DNA of 64,000 nucleotides from Elusimicrobiota bacterium (GCA_027371715.1 DAHXMM010000028.1:1253-65252), one strand, 5' to 3'; numbered from the stretch's first letter, positions 35,380 through 44,150 are shown. The notes: a model not told the origin generated them from the sequence alone. Program-made: numbers and translations.

Positions 35380-36396
35380 ATGTTATCTTTAGGAAGCTTA
35401 AAACTCTCATCCTCAATCATCCAGTCCCCCATGGCGGCCTGCACTGATTTGCCGTTTCGCCTGATCGCGCGGGAAAAAGGTCTTGGATTTTCTTTTCTGG
35501 AAATGGTCTCCGCCCAAGCGCTCGTGCGGGACAACGCAAAAACCCGCGAACTTCTTCAAAGCGCGCCCGAAGATCGCCCGCTGGGAGCTCAACTCTTAGG
35601 CTGCGACCCCGCAATTATGGCGGAAGCGGCGCGGATCATCGAGGATATGAATTTTGATCTCTTGGATTTAAATCTCGGGTGCCCGGTCCGGAAAGTTGTT
35701 TCAAACGGCGAAGGCGCGGCCTTGCTCAAGGAACCTGAAAAAGCCGAAGCCGTATTTAAGGCGGTGAGAAGCGCGGTCAAAAAAATTCCCCTGACCGTCA
35801 AGATGCGGGCAGGTTTTGAAGACCCCAGCGGGCGCGAGGCGGCTGAAATAGCCCGAAGAGCGGAAGACTGCGGCTTTGACGCCGTCACCATCCACGGACG
35901 AACCCAAAAACAAGGCTATTCGGGAACAGCCGATTACGCGGCTATTGGCCGAGTGAAAAGCGCGGTCAAAATTCCGGTCATTGGAAATGGAGATGTGGTC
36001 AGTGAAAAAGCCGCTCGCGAAATTCGCGCCGTAAGCCAATGCGACGGCATCATGATTGGGCGCGGCGGCCTGGGAAACCCCTGGATTTACAAAAATCTCG
36101 ATGGGGCCCTGAAAAATCAGAATCACGCTTATATCCCCCCCGTCCAAGAAAGACGAGAGACCCTTCTCAAGCATTTAAATCTTGAGCGTTCACTTCTAGG
36201 AGACCGTCAGGCCGCCTTAAATACTCGACGCATCGTCGTCTGGTACACCGCGGGACTTCCCAACTCAAAAACCCTGCGCGGAGAAGTTTGCCGCACGATC
36301 AACATGGATGAGATCATCTCAATGGTTGGCAAATTTTTTAGCGCCCTTCCAGAAAACGCGCCTCCGCCTGAGGCTCCGCTTCTTCTCGCGGAATAA
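35380..36396 (+). CDS. dusB: tRNA-dihydrouridine synthase
   Basis: SPMAACTDLPFR, DLNLGCPVRKV (catalytic Cys) and HGRTQKQGYSGTADY: Dus-family signatures. Confidence 0.9.
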   Translation: MLSLGSLKLSSSIIQSPMAACTDLPFRLIAREKGLGFSFLEMVSAQALVRDNAKTRELLQSAPEDRPLGAQLLGCDPAIMAEAARIIEDMNFDLLDLNLGCPVRKVVSNGEGAALLKEPEKAEAVFKAVRSAVKKIPLTVKMRAGFEDPSGREAAEIARRAEDCGFDAVTIHGRTQKQGYSGTADYAAIGRVKSAVKIPVIGNGDVVSEKAAREIRAVSQCDGIMIGRGGLGNPWIYKNLDGALKNQNHAYIPPVQERRETLLKHLNLERSLLGDRQAALNTRRIVVWYTAGLPNSKTLRGEVCRTINMDEIISMVGKFFSALPENAPPPEAPLLLAE

Positions 36397-36398
36397 TT

Positions 36399-37205
36399 TC
36401 AAACAAAGAAGGCTAAAAAGGCGTTCAGTCTCCGAGTCAAAGACATGAGAAGCCCGGAATATTCGACGGATTTAGGATAGGGCCGCGTCTTACGGCGGGT
36501 TTCACTCGCTGAAATAGGAATCGTAAAATAAAAAGTCGCCCCCAAACCCGGCCAACTCTCGGCCCAAATGCGCCCGCCGTGAAGTTCGACCATCATGCGC
36601 GCCAGGCTTAAGCCCAAACCCGTTCCCTGCCCGGCGTCGGTATGGCTGGCTTGAACAAAAGGCTTAAAAATTTTTTCGAGCTCATCTTGAGGAATACCTT
36701 TGCCCGTATCCTTGACCTTAAATACAATGGTTCCTTCATGCTCAAAGCGGCCCATATCGGCAGACACTGTCACCACTCCTCTAGGAGGAGTAAATTTGAC
36801 GGCATTGGAAATCAAATTAGTCAGAACTTGCACAATGCGCCTGGAGTCGGCTTCGATTCTGGGGAGAGGGATCGAACATTCGCGGCTAAGTCGCACCCCA
36901 TGAGCCAGGGCAAAAGATTGAAGACCTTGAACCGCTTCTCCTATGAGAAAGCGAGCATCGCACAACTGCCAGTCAAGTTTGATTCCGCTATGAGAAGCCT
37001 TGGAATAATCCATCACGTCATCCACAAGATTTTCAAGCCGTCCGGCGCTACGAATCGCCAAATCGAGCATCTGCCTTTCTTGATCGCTCAAGCGATTTTT
37101 GGCCTGTTCGTTTAAAAGCTGAAGGCCCAATCTCAAGGAAGTGACCGGAGCGCGAAGCTCATGGGTCAAGCAGGCTGGGTCGAGGGCTTGGTCTTTTCTC
37201 TCCAT
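36399..37205 (-). CDS. Histidine kinase core only (HisKA + HATPase_c)
   Basis: H-box HELRAPVTSL, N-box LTNLISNAVKFT, G1 VKDTGKGI, G2 GTGLGLSL. No TM or sensor domain and no response regulator in the window. Confidence 0.85.
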   Translation of the reverse strand: MERKDQALDPACLTHELRAPVTSLRLGLQLLNEQAKNRLSDQERQMLDLAIRSAGRLENLVDDVMDYSKASHSGIKLDWQLCDARFLIGEAVQGLQSFALAHGVRLSRECSIPLPRIEADSRRIVQVLTNLISNAVKFTPPRGVVTVSADMGRFEHEGTIVFKVKDTGKGIPQDELEKIFKPFVQASHTDAGQGTGLGLSLARMMVELHGGRIWAESWPGLGATFYFTIPISASETRRKTRPYPKSVEYSGLLMSLTRRLNAFLAFFV

Positions 37206-37236
37206 GCCCCTAGGATAATAAAACGGCGTTACGGTT

Positions 37237-37683
37237 TTATTGCGGTTTAGAGCGCACCATCAAGGACCAAACGCCGCCCTGAACGATGTCTGTGTGCTGG
37301 TTGGAAAGCTCGGCGTTGAGAATCACAAAGCCCTGGGCTTGGCCGACGCGCTTGAGTTTTGAAACTTCCATTTTGAGAGAAACCACATCCCCAATAAAAA
37401 TCGGCTTTTTAAACTTCCACTCGCCTCCGGTAAAAGCGATGATGGTTTCCCGAATGATTCCGGTGTCATGCAAAAGACCGCTGGCAACCGAAAGCCCCAA
37501 AAGCCCATGGGCGATTCTTTTTCCAAATGGGCTTTTTCTCGCGAACTCCTCATCGAAATGAAGCGGATTCATGTCTCCCGAGACCCGACCGTATTGTTCG
37601 ATCATCTCTCCTGTAACAACCCTCGGACGCGGACTGGTAAAAATCTGCCCAACAGCGAAGTCTTCAAAATAAAGGCTTTTCAT
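37237..37683 (-). CDS. MaoC-like (R)-specific enoyl-CoA hydratase (hot-dog fold)
   Basis: Hydratase-2 motif YGRVSGDMNPLHFDEEFA. Start set at MKSLYFEDFAVGQ (ATG 37683). Confidence 0.85.
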   Translation of the reverse strand: MKSLYFEDFAVGQIFTSPRPRVVTGEMIEQYGRVSGDMNPLHFDEEFARKSPFGKRIAHGLLGLSVASGLLHDTGIIRETIIAFTGGEWKFKKPIFIGDVVSLKMEVSKLKRVGQAQGFVILNAELSNQHTDIVQGGVWSLMVRSKPQ

Positions 37684-37742
37684 ATCTCCCACTTGTATAA
37701 GATATCTCAAATGCGTCCGAGCCCGCAATCGTTTATTCGGTC

Positions 37743-38222
37743 TTACGCCGCCTCGAAATGGCGGATGTCGGAGAGTTTGCCTTGGCGGTTCTCCGCGAAA
37801 ACGGGCTTGACCCGAATTCCAATCGCCGGCGGCCAATCGGGATCGACTTTGAGGAAATGTTGAAATTGAGTCGAGGCGCCGTCGAGTAGAATAAAAGCGT
37901 ATCCGTACGGCACGGGTTTTTTTTCTCCGGTTTCGGGATCGATAAAAGGAAAACGCAAAATCGTAAACGCCGACAAAGTGCCCATAGGGCCGACCTCAAC
38001 CCATTCATCCATCGTCTTAAAACAAGGCCCACAAATCTTGCGCGGTGGGACATAAACCTTTCGGCACAAAGGACATTTAAGCCCTAAAAATTTCTTATGG
38101 TCTCGAATTTCGGTAAAAAACCGACTCCCCTCCATTCCCACTGAATATTGAAACGGCTGAAAAGCCTCGCCACTTTCAATAAAAATGAAATCCGATCGCT
38201 TAAGACGGTTTTTCTGAACCAT
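37743..38222 (-). CDS. DUF35 Zn-ribbon/OB-fold protein
   Basis: CPLCRKVYVPPRKICGPC zinc ribbon followed by an OB-like region. Overlaps the end of the upstream thiolase-like gene. Confidence 0.8.
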   Translation of the reverse strand: MVQKNRLKRSDFIFIESGEAFQPFQYSVGMEGSRFFTEIRDHKKFLGLKCPLCRKVYVPPRKICGPCFKTMDEWVEVGPMGTLSAFTILRFPFIDPETGEKKPVPYGYAFILLDGASTQFQHFLKVDPDWPPAIGIRVKPVFAENRQGKLSDIRHFEAA

Positions 38223-39354
38223 AGATTAAAATGTCAGACCAAAAACACCCTCCAAAACCGGTGGAAAGAGCCTTTTTTACGCCCTCGGCTTGGCGCTCGC
38301 CCGCCCGGCCCATAATCTGATGCGCGCACTCAGCTGCCCGAATAAGCCCGGTCGCGCCGATAGGGTTTGTGGATAAAACTCCTCCGGAAAGATTGATGGG
38401 AAGAGACCCTCCCGCGTCGGTCGCGCCGTCCCAGATAAGCTTGGCGCCCTCTCCGGGTTTGGCCAGCCCCAAGGCCTCAATCCAGGATAAATTGGCAAAA
38501 GAATAAGGAGTGTAAAGTTCCATCAAATTGATTTCCTTTAAAGGCTCCTTAATGCCTAATTTCGCGTAAAGCTCTTTTGCGGCAAGGTCCAAAGACTTAA
38601 GCGGATACCACTCGACATCCCCCAAATAAGCGTAGGGGTGACGATTGGTCGCTCCCAAAACCCAGGCGGGCTTTGGACAAATTTTTTCGGCATAATCTTC
38701 ATTAGCGAAAATAATCGCGCAGGCGCCGTCGGTTCGGGGGCAAATGTCCAAGGCCTTGATCGGGTCCGACAAAAGAGGCGCGCGCAAAACTTCATCTAAG
38801 GTCACTTCCCTTCTTAAATGCGCGTGCGGATTTTTAACGGCGTGCTTGCGGTCCCGAACCACGGCGCGCGCCGCGTCTTTTTCGGTGACTCCAAATTTTT
38901 TCATATAGGCCGAAGCCTCAACCGCAAGCCCTGAAATCGCTCCCGCGAAGACCAGGCGGTCCCAAACCGGATCAAAAGCGGTCGTAATGGCCCCGGTTGT
39001 GTCTGATTCGGAATTTTTCTCCCAGCCGATGACCAAGAGCTTGTTAAAAAGGCCCGAGGCCGTTAAGTGATAGCCGCCAATAGCCAAGGTGCTTCCGGTG
39101 GTTCCGCCGGTGGTCAGCTTAATCGTCGGCTTTAAAATGCCCCCGTTTCCGGAAATCGACCAGAGCTCGACCCCGTTGATTCCCTCAAAATGGTCCATAT
39201 TTCCGATGACGACCCCGTCGATGTCGTCCAAGGTCAATTCCGCGTCCTGAAGGGCGCGAGAAACGGCTTCTTGAATGAGTTCAACTCCCGTCACGTCAAA
39301 GCGATTTCCATTATGATCGGTCTGTCCGACGCCCACGATCGCGGTCCGCTTCAC
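38200..39354 (-). CDS. Thiolase-like (SCP-x/Ltp-type) protein b
   Basis: (M)KRTAIVGVGQT..., GGVLSTNPIGATG near the C-terminus. GTG 39354 preferred because GGAG lies 6 nt upstream. The track ORF starts at TTG 39366. No Cys at the expected nucleophile position (TTGGTTGSTLA). Confidence 0.75.
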   Translation of the reverse strand: MKRTAIVGVGQTDHNGNRFDVTGVELIQEAVSRALQDAELTLDDIDGVVIGNMDHFEGINGVELWSISGNGGILKPTIKLTTGGTTGSTLAIGGYHLTASGLFNKLLVIGWEKNSESDTTGAITTAFDPVWDRLVFAGAISGLAVEASAYMKKFGVTEKDAARAVVRDRKHAVKNPHAHLRREVTLDEVLRAPLLSDPIKALDICPRTDGACAIIFANEDYAEKICPKPAWVLGATNRHPYAYLGDVEWYPLKSLDLAAKELYAKLGIKEPLKEINLMELYTPYSFANLSWIEALGLAKPGEGAKLIWDGATDAGGSLPINLSGGVLSTNPIGATGLIRAAECAHQIMGRAGERQAEGVKKALSTGFGGCFWSDILIYGSEKPS

Positions 39355-39409
39355 GAAAATCTCCAAAGAGAAGGGAACTTTTTTGGGGGATAACCCGTAT
39401 GAAAGATGA

Positions 39410-39482
39410 GCCCCGGCAGCTTAACGGATAAAGCTCTCTGCTGACGACGGAGATGATCCGGGTTCGATTCCCGGCCGGGGCG
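39410..39482 (+). tRNA. tRNA-Val (anticodon GAC)
   Basis: Hand-folded cloverleaf, 73 nt, no encoded CCA. Acceptor GCCCCGG/CCGGGGC (7 bp). D arm GCTT-AACGGATA-AAGC. Anticodon arm CTCTG-CTGACGA-CGGAG. Variable loop ATGAT. T arm CCGGG-TTCGATT-CCCGG. Non-canonical C8, G37 and G73. Confidence 0.7.
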
Positions 39483-39528
39483 GACGTAAAAGGAGGCGAT
39501 TAATCTCTTCAACGTCAGCAACGCCTCC

Positions 39529-39557
39529 TTGACAATTCTAGAATCATAGGCTACACT
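39529..39557 (+). promoter_or_regulatory. Sigma-70-like promoter downstream of the tRNA
   Basis: TTGACA (39529-39534), 17 nt, TACACT (39552-39557). Confidence 0.4.
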
Positions 39558-39563
39558 GTCTTT

Positions 39564-39633
39564 GGCAGGGAGTTCCGAGGCTATCGGAAAATTCTCCGTC
39601 GTCAAGGCGGCGCCGAAAGCGCCGCCTTTTTTT
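39564..39633 (+). ncRNA. Candidate small RNA of about 70 nt (or structured tRNA 3' trailer)
   Basis: Between the promoter-like element and the terminator. A perfect hairpin TTCCGA-GGCTA-TCGGAA is nested in GGAG...CTCC, followed by the terminator hairpin. No ATG or ORF. Confidence 0.35.
39606..39633 (+). terminator. Rho-independent terminator (plus strand)
   Basis: GGCGGCGC-CGAAA-GCGCCGCC (8-bp GC stem) followed by TTTTTTT. Confidence 0.8.
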
Positions 39634-39652
39634 GTCTTGGAAAATCCTCGCA

Positions 39653-40744
39653 TCAATTCTCCAAGACCCAGACCGAATGAGATTGCCCGCAAAGCCCGTA
39701 TTGACCATGGGCCAGGGCGCGCTTGACGCTCGAAATTTGGTTTGAGGCCTGGCCTCTAAGCTGAAGAGACGCCTCAATCATTCGCACGAGCCCCGAGACG
39801 ACCCACGCATGGGCCGACAAACAGCCGCCGGAGAGATTCACGCGATTTAAATTTCGGTAATTGAGTTCTTCCAGCCACAAAAGTTCCTGATAAGAAAACT
39901 GCTCGGAGAGTTCCACGAGATCGATTTGTTTGGTCGGATCGTCTACTCCAGCCATCCGATAGGCTTTTTGGGCGGCCAACCTCAAAGCCTTGGACTCCGC
40001 GAGATTTCTTTCCCCCAAAGGCGCATCGGCCAAAAGACCGAGTCCCCGAATCCAAACAGGATGAGCGCTTTTTTTCTTGGCAAAACTTTCCTTAGCCAGA
40101 ATTAAAGCTGCGGCCCCATCCGAAGAGGGGCAAATATCTGTTTCCTTTAAAGGCGCGGCGAAAAGAGGCGAGCGCAAGGCTTCGTCAATCGTCAAAGGTT
40201 TCCTGATATGCGCCTTGGGATTTTTCGCGCCATAGGCCCGGTTTTTAACGATCACGTTTCCGCACTCGATATTGCCGACGTTTTTTTCCTTCAGGAAAAC
40301 TCGCGCCTGAAGAGCGGCGGCGGAAACCCAGTCCAAGCCCAAACTCCTCTCGGTCAACGGATCAAAGAAGGCATTAGTGAGGAGCCTTAAATCTCCTTCT
40401 GAGGATTTGGAATGAGCGACGACCAAGGTCGTCTCGTAACTCCCGGACAAGATGCGACTCAACCCGTAAAAGGCGGCAAAAGATCCATCTCCCTCGACCG
40501 TAGAGATACTTTTTCCGTTTCCAAAAGCCGCGCCGCAAGCGTCTCCCACGGCCATGCTCGAAATAGTTCGCCCATCAAAAAAATCGTTGGAGGCGGTCAC
40601 GATATTGTCGATATTGTCAATCGTCAGTCCAGCATCCATCAGGGCCGCCGTCGTCGCTTCATAGACTAAATCGGCGTAGGTTTTATCTTTTCGATTGGGC
40701 TCGAAGGAAGTTTGTCCGACTCCGATAATCGCAACTGGCTCCAT
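39653..40744 (-). CDS. Thiolase-like (SCP-x/Ltp-type) protein a
   Basis: MEPVAIIGVGQTSF..., NLSGGCLSAHAWVVSG near the C-terminus. No Cys at the expected nucleophile position (STVEGDGSFAA). The start overlaps the DUF35 stop. Confidence 0.75.
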   Translation of the reverse strand: MEPVAIIGVGQTSFEPNRKDKTYADLVYEATTAALMDAGLTIDNIDNIVTASNDFFDGRTISSMAVGDACGAAFGNGKSISTVEGDGSFAAFYGLSRILSGSYETTLVVAHSKSSEGDLRLLTNAFFDPLTERSLGLDWVSAAALQARVFLKEKNVGNIECGNVIVKNRAYGAKNPKAHIRKPLTIDEALRSPLFAAPLKETDICPSSDGAAALILAKESFAKKKSAHPVWIRGLGLLADAPLGERNLAESKALRLAAQKAYRMAGVDDPTKQIDLVELSEQFSYQELLWLEELNYRNLNRVNLSGGCLSAHAWVVSGLVRMIEASLQLRGQASNQISSVKRALAHGQYGLCGQSHSVWVLEN

Positions 40745-41187
40745 TAGCTCGCCACCTTAAAATAGGCGATATCCAAAATAGAACCCGTCCGCTTTTCTGC
40801 GAAAACAGCAGAGACCTTCATTCCAATTTTGAGGCTTTGTAAATTCGTTTCTCCCAATAGATGCAAAAGAGCGGTGTCGGCCCCGTCCAAGCGAATCAAG
40901 CCGAAAAGAGGTTTTGAAGAGCGGTGAGCGGGACTGGCGTAGGAGGCTTGAACGAAACTCACCAGCGTTCCGGAAGGCCCCACTTCCAGCCATTCCAAAC
41001 ACTCGATAAAACAAATTCCGCAGGTTTTTTTCGGCGGCACGTAAACCTTCCGGCATTTAGGACAGCGGCTCCCTAAAATTTTCTGTTCATCCCGCAGGGC
41101 TTTAAAGAAACGGCTCAAAGCCTCTCCCGCCGACCAGGTATAAGGAACCTTAATTCGACTTGGGTGAGTCAAAATTTCAGTTGTCAT
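40744..41187 (-). CDS. DUF35 Zn-ribbon/OB-fold protein
   Basis: CPKCRKVYVPPKKTCGIC zinc ribbon plus OB-like region. ATGA overlap with the ACAD stop. Confidence 0.8.
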   Translation of the reverse strand: MTTEILTHPSRIKVPYTWSAGEALSRFFKALRDEQKILGSRCPKCRKVYVPPKKTCGICFIECLEWLEVGPSGTLVSFVQASYASPAHRSSKPLFGLIRLDGADTALLHLLGETNLQSLKIGMKVSAVFAEKRTGSILDIAYFKVAS

Positions 41188-42344
41188 TGGCCTCTCGCCC
41201 GAGCTTCTTTGAGAATCTCCCGCGCGATAATAAGCTGCTGAATCTGAGAAGTTCCGCCGCCAATTCCAATCAACACCGCGTCGCGCAAATACCTCTCAAC
41301 AGGAAATTCCTTGGTAAAACCATAGCCGCCTAAAATCTGAACAGCCGCCTGGGTCGCTCTCAAAACCATCTGCGCTCCAAAAAGTTTCGAGAAAGAGGCG
41401 TATTTGGAAACGGAAAAACCTTGGTCCAAACGCCAAGCCGCTTGATAGGTCAAAAGGCGAGAGGCTTCGATTTCAGTCGCCGTTTGGGCCAACATTTCTT
41501 GAATCATTTCAAAGCCGGAAATAGATTGACCGAATTGCTTTCGCGCTAAAGCGTAATGAGAAGCGTAATCAAAAGCCGCTTGGGCAATTCCCACCGGCAT
41601 GCCGGAAAAAACAGCGCGCTCCATATCAAGCCCTTTGAGCATATAAGACAAACCTTTTCCTTCTTCCCCCGCTAAATTTTCCTTGGGAACGCGGCAATCC
41701 TGAAAGACTAATTCCGAAAGGGGCGAACCCCGCGTCCCTAATTTAGGAATGTCTTTTGAAACAGAAAACCCGGGAAAACCTTTCTCGATGATAAAAGCGG
41801 AAAGCAGCGTTTTCCCACTCCCGCGACGAACTCGGGCAAGCAAAAAAATGACATCGGCGACTGAGCCGTTGGTAATAAAAATTTTGGTTCCATTGAGAAT
41901 ATATTCATTCCCTTTAAGGACCGCGGTCGTTTGAAGCGAAGCGGCGTCCGACCCCGAACCGGGTTCGGTCAAGGCGAAAGCGCCAATCCACTCCCCCGAG
42001 CAAAGCTTCGGCAGGTATTTTTTCCGCTGCTCATGGCTAGCCGCGGAGTAAAGATTATGCGCGCAAAGAAAAGAATGCGCTCCATAAGACAAAGTCAGTC
42101 CGGCCGAGGCGTAAGATAATTCTTCCATCACAAGAGCGGAGGCTAGAAAGCCGGCTTCCGTTCCGCCATATCCTCTGGGAATGGCCACGCCTAAAAGTCC
42201 CAAGCGCCCCATTTCCATCCACAAATCCTTGGGCACCGCTTTAGCCTCTTCAATCTCCAAAGCCCTGGGCAAAATTGTTTTCCGCGCAAAATCGCGGGCG
42301 GTCTGTTGGACCAGTTTTTGTTCCTCGCTTAAATCCAAATCCAC
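41184..42344 (-). CDS. Acyl-CoA dehydrogenase
   Basis: GTG start at 42344 gives (M)DLDLSEEQKLVQQTARDFA, a typical ACAD N-terminus. AFALTEPGSGSDAASLQTTA and GGYGFTKEFPVERYLRDA motifs. The 100-aa upstream extension in the track is junk-like and overlaps the divergent gene. Confidence 0.9.
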   Translation of the reverse strand: MDLDLSEEQKLVQQTARDFARKTILPRALEIEEAKAVPKDLWMEMGRLGLLGVAIPRGYGGTEAGFLASALVMEELSYASAGLTLSYGAHSFLCAHNLYSAASHEQRKKYLPKLCSGEWIGAFALTEPGSGSDAASLQTTAVLKGNEYILNGTKIFITNGSVADVIFLLARVRRGSGKTLLSAFIIEKGFPGFSVSKDIPKLGTRGSPLSELVFQDCRVPKENLAGEEGKGLSYMLKGLDMERAVFSGMPVGIAQAAFDYASHYALARKQFGQSISGFEMIQEMLAQTATEIEASRLLTYQAAWRLDQGFSVSKYASFSKLFGAQMVLRATQAAVQILGGYGFTKEFPVERYLRDAVLIGIGGGTSQIQQLIIAREILKEARARGQ

Positions 42345-42530
42345 AAAATCATTGTAGTATATGTCTATGAAATATGCGCAAGCGCACCTGGAAATAAGGC
42401 GGGAAGATGCCTCTTCGGATGAGTACGCGGTCGCCCCCGCGGGCGCCGCTCCTCTCTCGCCGCGCTGTATGCCAAAAGCGCGGCTCCGAGATGCCTCACC
42501 CAAAGAGACCTCTTTCCGTTTTGAGACCCC

Positions 42531-44150
42531 ATGATCGCGATTTTGATTTTTTTCTCTTCGTTCGCGGCTTATCTTTACTGCGCCTATCCGGCTCTGGCGC
42601 CCCGAGACGGAGCGGATCTTCTCAAAAGCGCCTTGACCCTTTATCCGGCCCATCCGCCGGGCTATCCTCTTTACGCTCTTTCAGGACATCTTTTTTCTCT
42701 TCTTTTCCCTTTTGGAAATTTCGCCTATCGGCTCAATCTCTTGTCCGCTTTATGGGGGGCAAGTTCCGGAGTTTTTCTCTATCTTTGGGCCCGCAATAAA
42801 GTGGACAATATCTCCGCCGCGGGAATTAGTCTTGCTTTTGTTCTTAGCCGCTCCTTGTGGAAATTTAGTCTTCTCCCCGAGATGTATTCGGCCCAAGCCT
42901 TTTTCTTATCGCTTCTTCTTTACCTTTTGGAAGGTCATCCTCAAAGCCATTCCCGACGGCTTCTTCTGTCTTCTCTCGCCGTTGGAATAGGAGTTGTCAA
43001 TCATCAAAGCCTGATTTTTTCTCTTCCTGCCTTCGCTTATTTGTGGTTTAAAAATTCGCCCCCGGAAACCAAGTCTTCTTTCCTGTTTAAATGGGCCGGA
43101 CTTTTCTTCCTATTGGGAATGGGTCTCTACGCCTATATGCCTATTGAGCTTCAGTCCATCCCCGTGGCGTTTCAAGCGGTGACGCGTGCGCAGTATGGAA
43201 CGCTCGAACTCTTTGCGGGTTTGGCTCAACCAACAAGTCTCCATCTATTTTTTAATCAAGCTTTTTATCTGACAAAGCAATTATGGAAATCCTCTTCCCC
43301 TCTTTTAATTCCTGTTGCCCTTCTCGGGTTTTGGTTTGGGTGGAAAAACCCAAAAGAGAAAAATTCAGCCCTCGCCCTGCTGATTGGATTTTTGATTTCA
43401 GGACCCGGTTTTCTCTTTCTCTCGCGCATGGAAACCTCTAATTGGATCGCTCAAAGCGCCCTGGAACCAATTTTTATCCCTGCCACCTTCTTTCTGTGCG
43501 CCCTCGCCGTTTTAGGGCTTGCGATGATTCGCTCACAACCCTTACGCGTTTTTCTCGCCACGGGCATGGCCCTGTGGGCTTTTGAGTCGCATTTTCCGCG
43601 ACTGTCTCATCGCGATGATTTTTCAGCCGAAGACTATGTCGAGGATTTATTTCGCCTTTTGCCGCCCTCCAGCGCGGTTTTAGCCAGGGGAGACACCGCT
43701 GTTTTCGGTCTTAAATACAAAGAAGCCTTAGACCCGATGAGCTCTTCCCGTCTCATTCACTCTGACGTGGATTTAAACCCGACGCAATGGCTTTTTAAAG
43801 CTTCCCAAGTCCGATCCGCATTCACTCTCGGCATTTCTTTTTCCGAGCTCAAGTCCCTGGGAATCGCGGCAAACCCCAAAACGCTTTCTCCTTGCGCCCT
43901 CATTCAAAAAGTAAGCTCTAGCCCCGGCGAAAAAAGTCCCGAGAGAACCTTTTGGGCCATGACCGTTTTAAGGCCCGGCCCCCAACTCGAATATTCCAAC
44001 AGCTACGCTCATGACATCCGCAAGTCTTTCGCCCTCGCGCACTATCAAGATTCGCTTTTAGACGCGCAAAAAGACCCCGCTCTGTCCGATTGGAACGCCC
44101 GCTGGGCGGCGGTTTTAGATCCTGAAGATTACCATTTAGTTCTGAAATAA
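42531..44150 (+). CDS. DUF2723/GT-C-like polytopic membrane protein (putative glycosyltransferase)
   Basis: The N-terminus FAAYLYCAYPALAPRDGADLLKSALTLYPAHPPGYPLY resembles DUF2723 (TMEM260-like) proteins. More than 10 predicted TM segments, then a soluble C-terminal domain. Confidence 0.6.
   Translation: MIAILIFFSSFAAYLYCAYPALAPRDGADLLKSALTLYPAHPPGYPLYALSGHLFSLLFPFGNFAYRLNLLSALWGASSGVFLYLWARNKVDNISAAGISLAFVLSRSLWKFSLLPEMYSAQAFFLSLLLYLLEGHPQSHSRRLLLSSLAVGIGVVNHQSLIFSLPAFAYLWFKNSPPETKSSFLFKWAGLFFLLGMGLYAYMPIELQSIPVAFQAVTRAQYGTLELFAGLAQPTSLHLFFNQAFYLTKQLWKSSSPLLIPVALLGFWFGWKNPKEKNSALALLIGFLISGPGFLFLSRMETSNWIAQSALEPIFIPATFFLCALAVLGLAMIRSQPLRVFLATGMALWAFESHFPRLSHRDDFSAEDYVEDLFRLLPPSSAVLARGDTAVFGLKYKEALDPMSSSRLIHSDVDLNPTQWLFKASQVRSAFTLGISFSELKSLGIAANPKTLSPCALIQKVSSSPGEKSPERTFWAMTVLRPGPQLEYSNSYAHDIRKSFALAHYQDSLLDAQKDPALSDWNARWAAVLDPEDYHLVLK

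Noticed and set aside
39489-39530. Hairpin AAGGAGGCG-23 nt-CGCCTCCTT just after the tRNA, considered as a terminator for either strand.
   Set aside because: The 23-nt loop is too large. On the plus strand it has no T-run, and on the minus strand only TTTTA follows. The strong terminator at 39606-39633 explains plus-strand termination better.
42345-42653. 100-aa N-terminal extension of the acyl-CoA dehydrogenase ORF (track start 42653).
   Set aside because: The extension is Arg/Gly/Ser-rich junk-like sequence that overlaps the start of the divergent DUF2723 gene. A GTG at 42344 yields the canonical ACAD N-terminus MDLDLSEEQ.
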